Shown here in pieces: positions 45,142-54,479 of a DNA stretch of 64,000 nucleotides. Both the position numbers and the translations under genes were made by a program. How positions within the stretch are numbered: the first letter of the stretch is position 1; each line of letters begins with the position of its first letter. The notes beneath the pieces were generated by a model. That model saw nothing but the letters and a program-made list of their open reading frames with translations. It ran no database searches and was not told the origin of the DNA. The stretch is from positions 96,001-160,000 of the forward strand of contig CAWISW010000002.1 of assembly GCA_963838925.1 (NCBI GenBank). Reading direction: 5' to 3'. Origin of the DNA: an uncultured Nitrososphaerota archaeon (lineage in GTDB: Archaea; Thermoproteota; Nitrososphaeria; Nitrososphaerales; Gagatemarchaeaceae).

Positions 45142-46463
45142 CGCATTGGTCTCCTTGCGGCGCACTCCGTGAATGCCCTCCTGCTCGCCTTGATGAATGC
45201 GTCGACGTCCGCAGGGGTGTGGGCGGTGGAAAGGAAGACGGTCTCGAATGCAGATGGAGGAAGATAGATTCCCGCTTCCAGCATTAGGCGATGGAATGTG
45301 GCGTAAAGACTCGTGTTCGAGCGCTTTGCCTCCTCGAAGTTCGTCACCTTCGTTTCGGAGAAAAAGACTCCCAGCATCGAGCCCCTCCTGTTCGTAGAGA
45401 TGGCGACACCCGCCCGGTTGGCTTCCTCTGTGAGTCCGCGCTCGAGCCGAGCCGAGGTCGCTTCCAGCCGGCCGTAGCTTCTGCCCTCCTCCATGATGGA
45501 GATGGTCGCAAGCCCGGCCGCTGTCGCCACCGGGTTCCCTGACAGCGTTCCGGCCTGATAGACCGGCCCCTCTGGCGCGACCAGCTGCATCATTTCGTCT
45601 GCCGCGCCATACGCTCCGACAGGGAATCCTCCTCCTATGACCTTCCCCAAGCAAGTGATGTCCGGTCTTACGTCGAGGAGGGCCTGCGCTCCTCCCAGAG
45701 AGAGTCTAAAGCCCGTAATCACCTCGTCGAAGATGAGCAGGGAGCCGTCGTCGGTGCAAAGCCGGCGGGCCGCCTCTAGGAAGCCGCTCTTCGGCGGGAC
45801 GACCCCCATGTTCCCCGCGACCGGCTCCAAGATGACGGCCGCGAATTCTCCTGGATGGTCGTCGAAGGCCGATTTTAGCGCGTCTGTGTCGTTGTAAGGG
45901 ATTGTGATCGTTTCGGCAGCTACGGCGGCGGGGACGCCGGCAGAGGAGGGAACATCGAGTGTCGCCAAGCCTGACCCGGCGTTGGTTAGGAACGGGTCGG
46001 AGTGCCCATGGTAGCATCCGTCGAACTTCAGCAGCATGTCACGCTTCGTGTACGCCCTCGCAAGCCTGAGTGCGGACATCGTCGCCTCGGTGCCTGAATT
46101 GACTAGCCTGACCTTCTCGACGCTCGGGACTGTTGCGCAGATTTTCTCTCCTAACCTCAACTCGTTTTCGGATGGCGCGCCGAAGCTAGTCCCCTTCCTG
46201 AGGGCCGCGGAGACGGCCCTCATGACCTTTGGGTGGGAGTGGCCTGCTATCAATGGCCCCCAAGAGCAGACATAGTCCGCGTAACTTCGGCCGTCGACGG
46301 ACCAGATACGGGACCCCTTTCCGCGCGCGATGAACACCGGGTTCCCTCCGACGGCGTTGAACGCGCGGACTGGGCTGTTCACTCCGCCCACCATGACCCT
46401 CTGAGCGCGTGCGAAAAGCGCCTCGGACCTCCTTCGCGCCTTCTCCGGAGCTTTCGTCCCCAT
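45138..46463 (-). CDS. hemL: Glutamate-1-semialdehyde 2,1-aminomutase
   Basis: GGVNSPVRAF, NSGTEATM, FDEVITGFR, GKVIGGG and YQAGTLSGNP motifs. Confidence 0.96.
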   Translation of the reverse strand: MGTKAPEKARRRSEALFARAQRVMVGGVNSPVRAFNAVGGNPVFIARGKGSRIWSVDGRSYADYVCSWGPLIAGHSHPKVMRAVSAALRKGTSFGAPSENELRLGEKICATVPSVEKVRLVNSGTEATMSALRLARAYTKRDMLLKFDGCYHGHSDPFLTNAGSGLATLDVPSSAGVPAAVAAETITIPYNDTDALKSAFDDHPGEFAAVILEPVAGNMGVVPPKSGFLEAARRLCTDDGSLLIFDEVITGFRLSLGGAQALLDVRPDITCLGKVIGGGFPVGAYGAADEMMQLVAPEGPVYQAGTLSGNPVATAAGLATISIMEEGRSYGRLEATSARLERGLTEEANRAGVAISTNRRGSMLGVFFSETKVTNFEEAKRSNTSLYATFHRLMLEAGIYLPPSAFETVFLSTAHTPADVDAFIKASRRAFTECAARRPMR

Positions 46464-46500
46464 CTCGGTGGTCGCCTTCTCGCTAACAGGACGCCGAATG

Positions 46501-47262
46501 CTAACCGAGCAGCCGGACGAGTTCTGCAGCGTCGGTCCTCACGCAAGTGAAGATGGGCGTCTCCGTTTGCGTGTACGCGCTCGCCTCAGTGCCCCTCAGT
46601 TCTTCGACCAGCGCTAAGAACTCTGCTGGGTCGTCGCCTTCAAACGCGAGAACGAACTCTTGGTCGTCCAGACCGAAGGAGTAGCCTGTGTTTATCTTGA
46701 TTTTGGGATACTTGTGCCCCACCTTGAAGTGCTCAGCCATGATCCTTTGCCGCTCTGTGAAAGGCAACCTATACCACGACCTCTTCTTGACGAACGGGTA
46801 GACGAAGAGGTACTTCGTCTGCTTCTGGTTTTGCCCATCCGCGCTTTCCGTCCCCTCCTGACCGGGGTGCTTGTGTGACCCGAGGTAGTGGGACCGCCGT
46901 GTCATTGCGAGGTAAGAGTAAGGCGTGTCGAGATACCGCCCAATGCTGGTGGCAAGGACCGCTGAGATGAGCTCCTGGAAGGATTCGAGGTTCGAAGAAT
47001 CGGCCAGCATCATGAAATCGGTGTCGCCCCTGATGCCGACTAGTGAGAAGAGCTGAAGTCTCGAGTCGGACTGTCTCGCGAGGAGGCTGGCGAGCTCATC
47101 CCTAGCGGCCTCTCTCTCGGCGTCTGGCAGGGATCTCCATCCCCTTGCGACCTTGAAGAAGGTGTACTTCAGGAACCTCGAGCCCAAGGTTGCTCTTTGA
47201 CCGGTCGCCTCGGTAGTCGGGTTCTCTTCCAACGCTGGTATCACTGCTCCTCTCTCAGCCAT
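46501..47262 (-). CDS. chdC: Coproheme decarboxylase / chlorite dismutase family (HemQ)
   Basis: YPFVK-x-x-x-WY-x-L...ERQRIMAEH, YSFGLDDQEF and ET-P-IF motifs. Inside the hem operon. Confidence 0.85.
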   Translation of the reverse strand: MAERGAVIPALEENPTTEATGQRATLGSRFLKYTFFKVARGWRSLPDAEREAARDELASLLARQSDSRLQLFSLVGIRGDTDFMMLADSSNLESFQELISAVLATSIGRYLDTPYSYLAMTRRSHYLGSHKHPGQEGTESADGQNQKQTKYLFVYPFVKKRSWYRLPFTERQRIMAEHFKVGHKYPKIKINTGYSFGLDDQEFVLAFEGDDPAEFLALVEELRGTEASAYTQTETPIFTCVRTDAAELVRLLG

Positions 47263-48233
47263 GCCGCCAGCTGTTCAGCAAAGTACGAGATTATGATGTC
47301 CGCGCCCGCCCTCTTGATTGACAGGGTTGCTTCCATTGCCGCGCCCCTCTCGTCGAGCCACCCTTTCTCGCTTGCCGCTTTGATCATCGAGTACTCACCG
47401 CTCACGCTGTAGGCCGCTATGGGGAGGTCGTATCGCGACCGCGCCTTGCTGATGACGTCGAGGTAGGCTAGGGCGGGCTTGACCATGATGATGTCCGCGC
47501 CCTCCTTGATGTCGGTCCCAATCTCCCTCATCGCCTCTCTGGAATTACCCGGGTTCATCTGGTATCCTCTCCTGTTGCCGAAGGCGGGGGCCGATCCCGC
47601 TGCATCCCGGAAAGGCCCGTAGAAGGACGAAGCGTACTTCGCCGAGTAGCTCATTACAAGCCTGTCTTCGTAGCCCGATTCGTCCAGCGTGCTCCGGATC
47701 GCGAGCACCTGCCCGTCCATCATCGCGCTCGGGCAGACGATGTCCGCTCCAGCGCGGGCGTATTGCAACGCCGCCCTTGCTAGGAGCGGCAGAGTCTTTT
47801 CGTTGCTGACGTCCCCGTCTTCGACGACGCCGCAATGGCCGTGAGACGTGTACTCGCACAGGCATACATCAGCCGCTACAACGAGCGAATCAAAGCGGCT
47901 CTTGAGCTCCCGGATCGCTCTGGGGACGATGCCGTCGTCGGAATACGCCTCGGACCCGGACTCGTCCTTGGAGGCGGGTATACCAAAGAGGAGGACAGAC
48001 CTTATCCCCAGCTCGGCGAGTTTCCCCACGTGGTCAGACATCGTGTCCACCGAATACCGGTTGACTCCAGGCATCGCCTTCACGGGTTGGACGACATTGT
48101 GGCCTTCCTTGACGAAGACGGGGGCCATGATGTTCGAGACGTCCACACGGTTTTCGCTCACAAGCTTCCTGATGGAATCGGTTCTCCTTAGCCTGCGGAG
48201 CCGCGAATCGGCACTGCTCGGCTTCTCAAGCAT
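47241..48233 (-). CDS. hemB: Porphobilinogen synthase (Zn-type)
   Basis: DVCLCEYTSHGHCG, PSAMMDG, FYGPFRDA, MVKPA and VSGEY motifs. Confidence 0.96.
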   Translation of the reverse strand: MLEKPSSADSRLRRLRRTDSIRKLVSENRVDVSNIMAPVFVKEGHNVVQPVKAMPGVNRYSVDTMSDHVGKLAELGIRSVLLFGIPASKDESGSEAYSDDGIVPRAIRELKSRFDSLVVAADVCLCEYTSHGHCGVVEDGDVSNEKTLPLLARAALQYARAGADIVCPSAMMDGQVLAIRSTLDESGYEDRLVMSYSAKYASSFYGPFRDAAGSAPAFGNRRGYQMNPGNSREAMREIGTDIKEGADIIMVKPALAYLDVISKARSRYDLPIAAYSVSGEYSMIKAASEKGWLDERGAAMEATLSIKRAGADIIISYFAEQLAAWLREEQ

Positions 48234-49020
48234 TCGGGGTCACCATCGACAGCTCTCGCCCCACTTCTTGAAGAAGGGCTTCGAACGTGTGGGCCTTCGG
48301 CGCCACTATCCTCTCGAAACCATGCTCCATGGCAGACTTCGCGGTCACCGGCCCTATGCATCCCGCGAGCTTGCGTTTCATCACTGAGGATCCTTTCCCG
48401 CCGAGCCGCGACGTGAATCCCTCCACGGCTGAAGGACTTGCGAAGAGTATGGCATCGGCCCCTTCAAGCCCCGCAAGGGCGACGCCCCCTGAGCTGAGCG
48501 CTTCCGTCCTGTAGATTGCGTGCTCGACAACTTCGAACCCCCGGCGAGCGAGGACGTCGACCATCTTAGGGTCTCCCATGTCTGCTCGGAGAAGGAGGAC
48601 GCGCTGCCTTTCGATGTTGGTTTCTCCCAAAGGAAGCTCGGAGGCTAGCTTGCGGGTCAAGAACTCGGACGGGACGAACGCGACAGGAACGCCGGACTCG
48701 CGTAGCTCCCTTGCCGTGCCCTCGCCGACGGCGGCCACGGATGGCCTTCCGTGCCACCTTAGGTCGAGGCCGAGGAAGTCCATCCGCTCCCTGAACAAAC
48801 TCGCCCCTCTGCCCGAAGTGAAGACCAGCCAATCGAACGTGCCGATGGCCATGAGAGAAGAGTCAATCGGGCTCCAGTCCCGCGGCGGGAGGAGCTCGAG
48901 GCACTCCACCGAGATAGGCTCGAAGCCTAGAGCTCGCACCTTGGGCGCGAACTCCTCGTTGCCTTCCTTTGTCCTGGTCAACACAACCCTCTTCCTCGCC
49001 GCGTTTCCCGACGACATCAT
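48226..49020 (-). CDS. hemD: Uroporphyrinogen-III synthase
   Basis: VLTR, WLVFTS, AAVG-x-x-TA, Y-x-T, FASPSAV and IGPVTA motifs. Confidence 0.9.
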   Translation of the reverse strand: MMSSGNAARKRVVLTRTKEGNEEFAPKVRALGFEPISVECLELLPPRDWSPIDSSLMAIGTFDWLVFTSGRGASLFRERMDFLGLDLRWHGRPSVAAVGEGTARELRESGVPVAFVPSEFLTRKLASELPLGETNIERQRVLLLRADMGDPKMVDVLARRGFEVVEHAIYRTEALSSGGVALAGLEGADAILFASPSAVEGFTSRLGGKGSSVMKRKLAGCIGPVTAKSAMEHGFERIVAPKAHTFEALLQEVGRELSMVTPNA

Positions 49021-49943
49021 GAGGCAGCTCCCTTCAGTATCTTGGCTCCTCCCGCCCTAAGGAGTCCCTCTGCCAGTCTCCTGCCCAGTTCCGCACCGTC
49101 TGCGGCCGGGCCGCTGAGTTTGCTCCTTACCAAGTCCTTCCCGTCCTCGCTGGCCATCATCCCCACCGCTGTGATTGTCCCTCGGGAGACCTTCGCACAG
49201 CCCCCTATAGGCACGTTGCAGTCTCCTCCAAGAGCTCTTGAAAACGCCCTCTCGCAAGTTGATTCCACTCTGGCGGAGCCGTCCTCGATCCGTGAGAGCA
49301 ACTTGGCTGTCTCTTTGTCTTTCTCCCTCATCTCTACGGCGATGACGCCCTGACAGACGGACGGGATCATCTCGTCGACTGAGAAGACCTGGGATATGCG
49401 GCTCGCCTCGCCGATTCTCTCGAGCCCTGCAACGGCCAGGACTATTGCGTCGTATTCAGAGGCGAGCTTTCTGATCCTTGTGTCGACGTTCCCCGTCAGG
49501 TCGACGACTTCAATATCACCACGCATCCTAAGGAGCTGAGCCTTCCTCCTCAGGCTCCCCGTCCCCACCCTCGATCGTCGGGGGAGCGTAAGGAGAGTGG
49601 CACCACCTTTGGCGAGAAGCCCATCCCGCGGGTCCCCCCTGGGCGGAGTCGCCCCGATTGCCAGGCCGTCGGGAATTTCGTTGGGCAGGTCCTTCATGCT
49701 GTGGACGGCCAGGTCTATATCGCCTTCGAGAAGCCTCGACTCGATCTCACTCGTGAAGGCTCCCTTCGCTCCTCCTGACGCGACCCTGTCCGGGGCTGAC
49801 GAGTCTCCTCTCGTGCTGATGGGAACCAGCTCGAAAGTTATCTCTTTGAAACGGCCCCTCAGCATGTCAGCCACCAGCTTCGTCTGCGCTTGTGAGAGCC
49901 TGCTCGGCCTCGATCCTATCCTGACCACCCTCCGGTTGTTCAC
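49017..49943 (-). CDS. hemC: Hydroxymethylbilane synthase
   Basis: IGSR-x-S-x-L, AVHSMKD, GTGSLRR, GNVDTR and GGDCNVP motifs. Confidence 0.95.
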   Translation of the reverse strand: MNNRRVVRIGSRPSRLSQAQTKLVADMLRGRFKEITFELVPISTRGDSSAPDRVASGGAKGAFTSEIESRLLEGDIDLAVHSMKDLPNEIPDGLAIGATPPRGDPRDGLLAKGGATLLTLPRRSRVGTGSLRRKAQLLRMRGDIEVVDLTGNVDTRIRKLASEYDAIVLAVAGLERIGEASRISQVFSVDEMIPSVCQGVIAVEMREKDKETAKLLSRIEDGSARVESTCERAFSRALGGDCNVPIGGCAKVSRGTITAVGMMASEDGKDLVRSKLSGPAADGAELGRRLAEGLLRAGGAKILKGAAS

Positions 49944-51169
49944 GCCTTGCCGCCCCGCCCGAAGACTTGGTGGATTACGTCGAGCCTCTCTTCTTGCGGA
50001 AGTTCAGGAGTCGAGGACTTTGCGAACTTCGTCGGCGAGGCCAGCAGCTTGCTCACGAGCCTCCTGCTCATGACCTCGACCACCATCCTCTCTCTCGTCG
50101 AAAGCCCGGGCATCCTCCTGAGCGCGGCGCCGGTCTCTTCCTTCCTCATCGTCTCGGCCCACTGGTGCAGGTTGGAGAGGGCCGACGTGAGTCTGCTAGC
50201 TACAAGCCACCTTGAGAACCGCTCCGCCTCATCCAAGACGAACTCGTCCGCCCTGTCAGCACCTGCGGCTCTTGGGAGGGCAGCCGCGGCGCTAGCCAAG
50301 TCGTCGAGGTTGTAGACCGCAGTCATGCCTTTGTTTAGAGCAGGGTCGATGTTTCGGGGAAAGGCCAGGTCGAGGATGACCTGACGTTTCCTCGTGCCCA
50401 ATGAGCCTTGCTTTAGCAGATAACCCGAATGCTTCGTGGCCGAGATTATCAGGTCGCAGCGCCTCGCAACCTCCGCCATTTGTAAGCGTGTCAATCGGGT
50501 CACACCAGGGAATTGCGACGCCTTCCTTCTCGTGGCCATGTATACTCTCGAGTCCATCAGTTCTCCTGCAGCAAGCCTGATCGTCTTGCCAGAGCCTATT
50601 AGGAGCACTTTTCTCGGGCGGCTTCCGAGCTTCTCGAGGGCGAAGCTGAGGGCGAAGGCGCTCACCGACCTGCTCCCCTGAGCGGTGCCGAGGGGCTCCC
50701 TGGCTCTTCTTCCGACGCTCCCCGCTATGTCGAAGAGAGAGGAGAGGACTCCTTTCGAAGTTCGTGCGGTCCGAGCTCTTATCCCTGCCTCCCTGACCTG
50801 AGAGAGTATCTGGTCCTCTCCCAGGACCATCGAGTCCAGCCCCGATGCGACCCTGAACAGATGGATTATCGCGCCGACGTCTCTTTGGATGTAGAACGAG
50901 TCTGGGGACGTGTCAACAAACCAGGAGAAGAACGCCTTCTCGGTAATGTCAGGGTCTTTCGTGACGAAGATTAGCTCTATCCTGTTGCAGGTGACGAGTT
51001 CGGCGAACTCCGTCACACCAGGTAGATGCTTGAGCACTTCCGACCCGCTGGATCTTCTCTTGTCTATCCGCTCTCGCACGGCCAATTTTGCGGTCTTGAA
51101 CGAGGTCCCTATGATGATGATTCTTACTGACCCTTCTCGTCTCGAGCGCGCGGCTTCCTTCTCCCTCAT
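49940..51169 (-). CDS. hemA: Glutamyl-tRNA reductase
   Basis: TCNRIE, HLFRVASGLDSMVLGEDQILSQV and DLAFPRNID motifs. Start uncertain. Confidence 0.92.
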   Translation of the reverse strand: MREKEAARSRREGSVRIIIIGTSFKTAKLAVRERIDKRRSSGSEVLKHLPGVTEFAELVTCNRIELIFVTKDPDITEKAFFSWFVDTSPDSFYIQRDVGAIIHLFRVASGLDSMVLGEDQILSQVREAGIRARTARTSKGVLSSLFDIAGSVGRRAREPLGTAQGSRSVSAFALSFALEKLGSRPRKVLLIGSGKTIRLAAGELMDSRVYMATRRKASQFPGVTRLTRLQMAEVARRCDLIISATKHSGYLLKQGSLGTRKRQVILDLAFPRNIDPALNKGMTAVYNLDDLASAAAALPRAAGADRADEFVLDEAERFSRWLVASRLTSALSNLHQWAETMRKEETGAALRRMPGLSTRERMVVEVMSRRLVSKLLASPTKFAKSSTPELPQEERLDVIHQVFGRGGKA

Positions 51170-51334
51170 CTCTCTGGTAGCGCGCGATGCGGAAGCGACC
51201 GGGGCGATGAGGTTTGACTTCAAAAAACCGGCGCACCGAATCCGAATATCTTATTTAACGTTTGTTAGGTATTCTCATTATTGAAAATCGCCTTGGACCG
51301 TTTAATATTGCCAGAGCCCGGACTCATCCACCCG

Positions 51335-51709
51335 ATGAGAGGCGCGAAAGGCAATCCGGCCGTGACTCGGATTCAATCGTGGGCGGAGGAGGTCAGAGAG
51401 GAAGAGGCCGACAGGGCACTAAGGCAGCTTCAGACTGTGAGCGCCAAGGACAAGAAGACGCTCAACTCTTTGAGCAAGAGGCTGGTCGACGAGATTCTGA
51501 TCTCTCCCAGCGTCTTCGCGGAAGAGAGCAGCCACGCGTTCCCTAATTCGAGGCGGTTGCCAATTGTCTGCAGGATGTTCGAGAGGCAGGGGGTGAGTTG
51601 TGATGCGTCCCACTGTGTTGCCTGCGACGCGTTCAAGGTCGGCGTTCCTCTCGAAGAGAGTTGCGGGATGATAATGAGTAACGAAAAGAATAGGGGAGCA
51701 TGGCGGTGA
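51335..51709 (+). CDS. Stand-alone HemA dimerisation-domain-like protein with a Cys-rich tail
   Basis: WAEEVREEEADRALRQL...LSKRLVDEILISP parallels the adjacent HemA C-terminus WAETMRKEETGAALRRM...MSRRLVSKLLASP. The tail contains C-x4-C-x2-C. Confidence 0.7.
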   Translation: MRGAKGNPAVTRIQSWAEEVREEEADRALRQLQTVSAKDKKTLNSLSKRLVDEILISPSVFAEESSHAFPNSRRLPIVCRMFERQGVSCDASHCVACDAFKVGVPLEESCGMIMSNEKNRGAWR

Positions 51710-52608
51710 AGGGCGTTCTCCTCCTTACCTACGGGACGCCGAGTTCCCTTGACCAGGTCGAGGCGTACTATACACACATCCGCGGGGGCAAGCGACCATC
51801 AGATGCCCAGCTAGCCGACCTTGTCGCGAGGTACAAAGCCATCGGCGGTAGCTCCCCGCTGATACGGATAACCGAAGGCCAAGGAACGAAACTGCAGGCC
51901 AGGCTGAGGAGTGAAGGCTCATCTACCAGAGTCTATTGCGGGATGAAGCACTCGCCCCCCTTCATCGCCGATGTGATGAGGCAGGCATCAGAGGACGGGG
52001 TGAAGGAAATGCTGGCGATTCCTCTCACACCGCACTATTCCAAGATGAACACCGAGACTTACGTGCTGTCTGTCGAGATGGCGAACTACAACTTGACTAA
52101 CAAGATGAAGCTAGACTTCGTGAAGTCCTGGAACACCAACCCGAAGCTCCTAGATGCATGGGCGAAGAGGGTCGAGCAGGCCCAGGCCGGCCTTCCCCGT
52201 GACAATTCTCTCATCTTCTCCGCCCACAGTCTTCCGGAGAGGACTTTGGCAGAGGGAGACGTGTATAGGTCCAGGCTCCTCGAGACATCGGAACTCGTCG
52301 CATCCCGGGTAGGCAGGGAGGATTGGTCATTTGCATTTCAGAGCGCGGGGCACACCGGGGAGCCTTGGCTCGGCCCCGATATCATCGAGCATCTCCAGAG
52401 CCTTTTCGACGGCGGCCAGCGCAGCTTCATCATCGCCCCTATCGGCTTCGTCTCTGACCACCTCGAAGTGCTATACGACATTGACGTGGAGTGCATGGGA
52501 TGGGCACGCGAGCATGGCGCGAGCCTAGTGAGGTGCAAGATGCTCAACGACTCTGATGAGTTTATCGATTGCCTCCACTCCTTGGTCGTCGAGGGGGGTT
52601 TCGCCTGA
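51700..52608 (+). CDS. hemH: Ferrochelatase (probably coproporphyrin ferrochelatase CpfC)
   Basis: LL-x-YGTP, IGG-x-SP, GMKH-x-x-PFI, FSAHSLP, QSAG...WLGP and GFVSDHLEVLYDID motifs. Confidence 0.93.
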   Translation: MAVKGVLLLTYGTPSSLDQVEAYYTHIRGGKRPSDAQLADLVARYKAIGGSSPLIRITEGQGTKLQARLRSEGSSTRVYCGMKHSPPFIADVMRQASEDGVKEMLAIPLTPHYSKMNTETYVLSVEMANYNLTNKMKLDFVKSWNTNPKLLDAWAKRVEQAQAGLPRDNSLIFSAHSLPERTLAEGDVYRSRLLETSELVASRVGREDWSFAFQSAGHTGEPWLGPDIIEHLQSLFDGGQRSFIIAPIGFVSDHLEVLYDIDVECMGWAREHGASLVRCKMLNDSDEFIDCLHSLVVEGGFA

Positions 52609-53747
52609 TGGCCATGAGGCAGTCACAACTTGTAGGGTCGAGCGTCGAGCGCGCCCAGACGCTCTTCTCTGAGAAGCCCGTGCTCGTGTTCTGGGAGACC
52701 ACTAGGGCCTGCAAACTCTCGTGCGTCCACTGTAGAGCGTCCGCCATAAGGGAGCCACTTCCCGGCCAACTGACGACGGAACAAGGGAGGAAGCTGATCG
52801 AACAAGTGGCGTCCTTCGGCAAGCCAGGACCAACGATGATCTTCACGGGCGGGGACCCCTTGCTCAGGGACGACCTCTTCGAGCTGCTAGGACACGCGAC
52901 AGAGCTTGGCGTCCGCTTCGCGGTTTCGCCCGCCGCCTCTGACCTCCTCACATACGACAAGCTAAGGCGCCTCAAGGAGGCTGGCGCCGTGGCGATTTCC
53001 CTGAGCCTGGATGGGGCTTCAGAAGAGACTCACGACGCTATTCGGCGCGAGGCGGGCACGTTCAGAAGGACCGTCCAAGCGGCGCGGGATGCCGCAAGCC
53101 TGGGATTGAACGCCCAAGTCAACACCACCGTGATGAGTAACAACTTTGGAGAGCTCCCGAAGATCTTCCGCCTTGTCGCGGGCCTAGGCGTGAAGACCTG
53201 GGAAGTCTTCTTCCTGGTGAAGATTGGGAGGGGAACCGGGGTCGACGACCTCTCCCCCGAAGAGTGCGAGAGCGTCTGCAACCTTCTCTACGACGCGTCC
53301 CACCTTGGCATCACAGTGAGGACCGTCGAGGCGCCGTTCGTGAGAAGAGTCGCTCTCCAGAGGTCTAGGTCGCCCGAATACTGGAAAGACGCCACGTACC
53401 AGACCCTCAAGGCCGACCTCCTCCAGGGGAGCGGGGAGGGCACGGGTCACTCTACTCTCAACCCAAGGGGAACTTTGGACGGGGACGGGATAGTCTTCGT
53501 GGGGTTCGATGGCTCGATATCTCCCGGGGGGTTGCTCCCCCTTCATCTGGGGAACGTCAAGGAGCAGAGCTTGAGGGAGGTCTACAGGGAGAACCTGTTT
53601 CTTAGGCAGGTACGGGATCGAACGCTGACCGGGCCCTGCGGCGTCTGCGAGTTCAAGCAGATTTGCGGGGGGAGCAGGGCGAGGGCCTACGCCAAGAGCG
53701 GGGATGCCCTCTCCTCCGATTCGGCGTGCATTCTGGTCAGCCCTTGA
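52608..53747 (+). CDS. Radical SAM/SPASM protein of the AhbD/NirJ-like group
   Basis: WETTRACKLSCVHCRA, TGGDPL and SLDG...HD-x-x-R, with C-terminal CGVCEFKQICGGSRARA. Confidence 0.85.
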   Translation: MAMRQSQLVGSSVERAQTLFSEKPVLVFWETTRACKLSCVHCRASAIREPLPGQLTTEQGRKLIEQVASFGKPGPTMIFTGGDPLLRDDLFELLGHATELGVRFAVSPAASDLLTYDKLRRLKEAGAVAISLSLDGASEETHDAIRREAGTFRRTVQAARDAASLGLNAQVNTTVMSNNFGELPKIFRLVAGLGVKTWEVFFLVKIGRGTGVDDLSPEECESVCNLLYDASHLGITVRTVEAPFVRRVALQRSRSPEYWKDATYQTLKADLLQGSGEGTGHSTLNPRGTLDGDGIVFVGFDGSISPGGLLPLHLGNVKEQSLREVYRENLFLRQVRDRTLTGPCGVCEFKQICGGSRARAYAKSGDALSSDSACILVSP

Positions 53748-54235
53748 CCCCGCTCGTAAATGCCGTCGTGCTCTGGGTGCACCTGTTCAGCGCCGTCCTA
53801 TTCGTCGGCGGGTCGTTCTTCATGTGGATCGTCGTGGTCCCTGCGTCTCACGCCCTAACCGAAAATGAGGCGGAGCGGACCCGAATGGTCGGTAGAATGG
53901 CGAAGCAGTTCGCCAAAATCGTCAACCCAGCGCTTGCGGTCCTCGTCGTGACTGGAATCTACAACGTCACATGGTACCTGCCCTCGGTTGGAAGTCTCTT
54001 CGGCTCCTATGCGGGCCACCTTCTTCTGTTCAAGCTCTCGGCGGTTGTCGCGCTAATCGTGATGATCTACGTCAGCAACGTCTACTTCGGAAGGCGGATC
54101 ATGAGATTTGCGAGGGAAGGGAGGCTCGAGGAGCTGAAGGCCCTGAGAAGGACTAGCAGAGTCATCTCGTTCGCGAACCTGGGGCTGATGGTAATCATCC
54201 TTCTAGTTGTCGTCGTCATGCAGACGACGACGTAG
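53744..54235 (+). CDS. 4-TM CopD/HemJ-like membrane protein
   Basis: LWVHL...FVGG in TM1, VTG in TM2 and FKL in TM3. TTGA overlap with the radical SAM gene. Confidence 0.65.
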   Translation: MTPLVNAVVLWVHLFSAVLFVGGSFFMWIVVVPASHALTENEAERTRMVGRMAKQFAKIVNPALAVLVVTGIYNVTWYLPSVGSLFGSYAGHLLLFKLSAVVALIVMIYVSNVYFGRRIMRFAREGRLEELKALRRTSRVISFANLGLMVIILLVVVVMQTTT

Positions 54236-54350
54236 ACTGCTGCTGGAAGCTTGCCGACTTACCCAAGAAGACTTGGCCCCATTGGAGACAGCCAATAGAG
54301 AGTAATTCCAGCTCACTCAGACAATATGAGCTTAGAACTGCCTCATGCTT

Positions 54351-54400
54351 TAGCGGGCCCGACGGGATCCGCCCCTGAACGGGTTCTCGAAGTTGATTCC
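54351..54400 (+). repeat. Right direct repeat of the heme island (att-like)
   Basis: TAGCGGGCCCGACGGGATCCGCCCCTGAACGGGTTCTCGAAGTTGATTCC. The reverse complement of the first 18 nt (ATCCCGTCGGGCCCGCTA) resembles a tRNA 3' end. Confidence 0.8.
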
Positions 54401-54479
54401 ACACGACGATAACGCCCGTTTTTTCAGCGCGGAGTTCTCAAGAATTCATTTATCTGCCGTGGTGAGCGTCCCGACGACC

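Noticed and set aside
44110-45654. 514-aa N-terminally extended HemE
   Set aside because: The extension overlaps hemL in another frame. ATG 45141 gives a normal HemE with an ATGA overlap.
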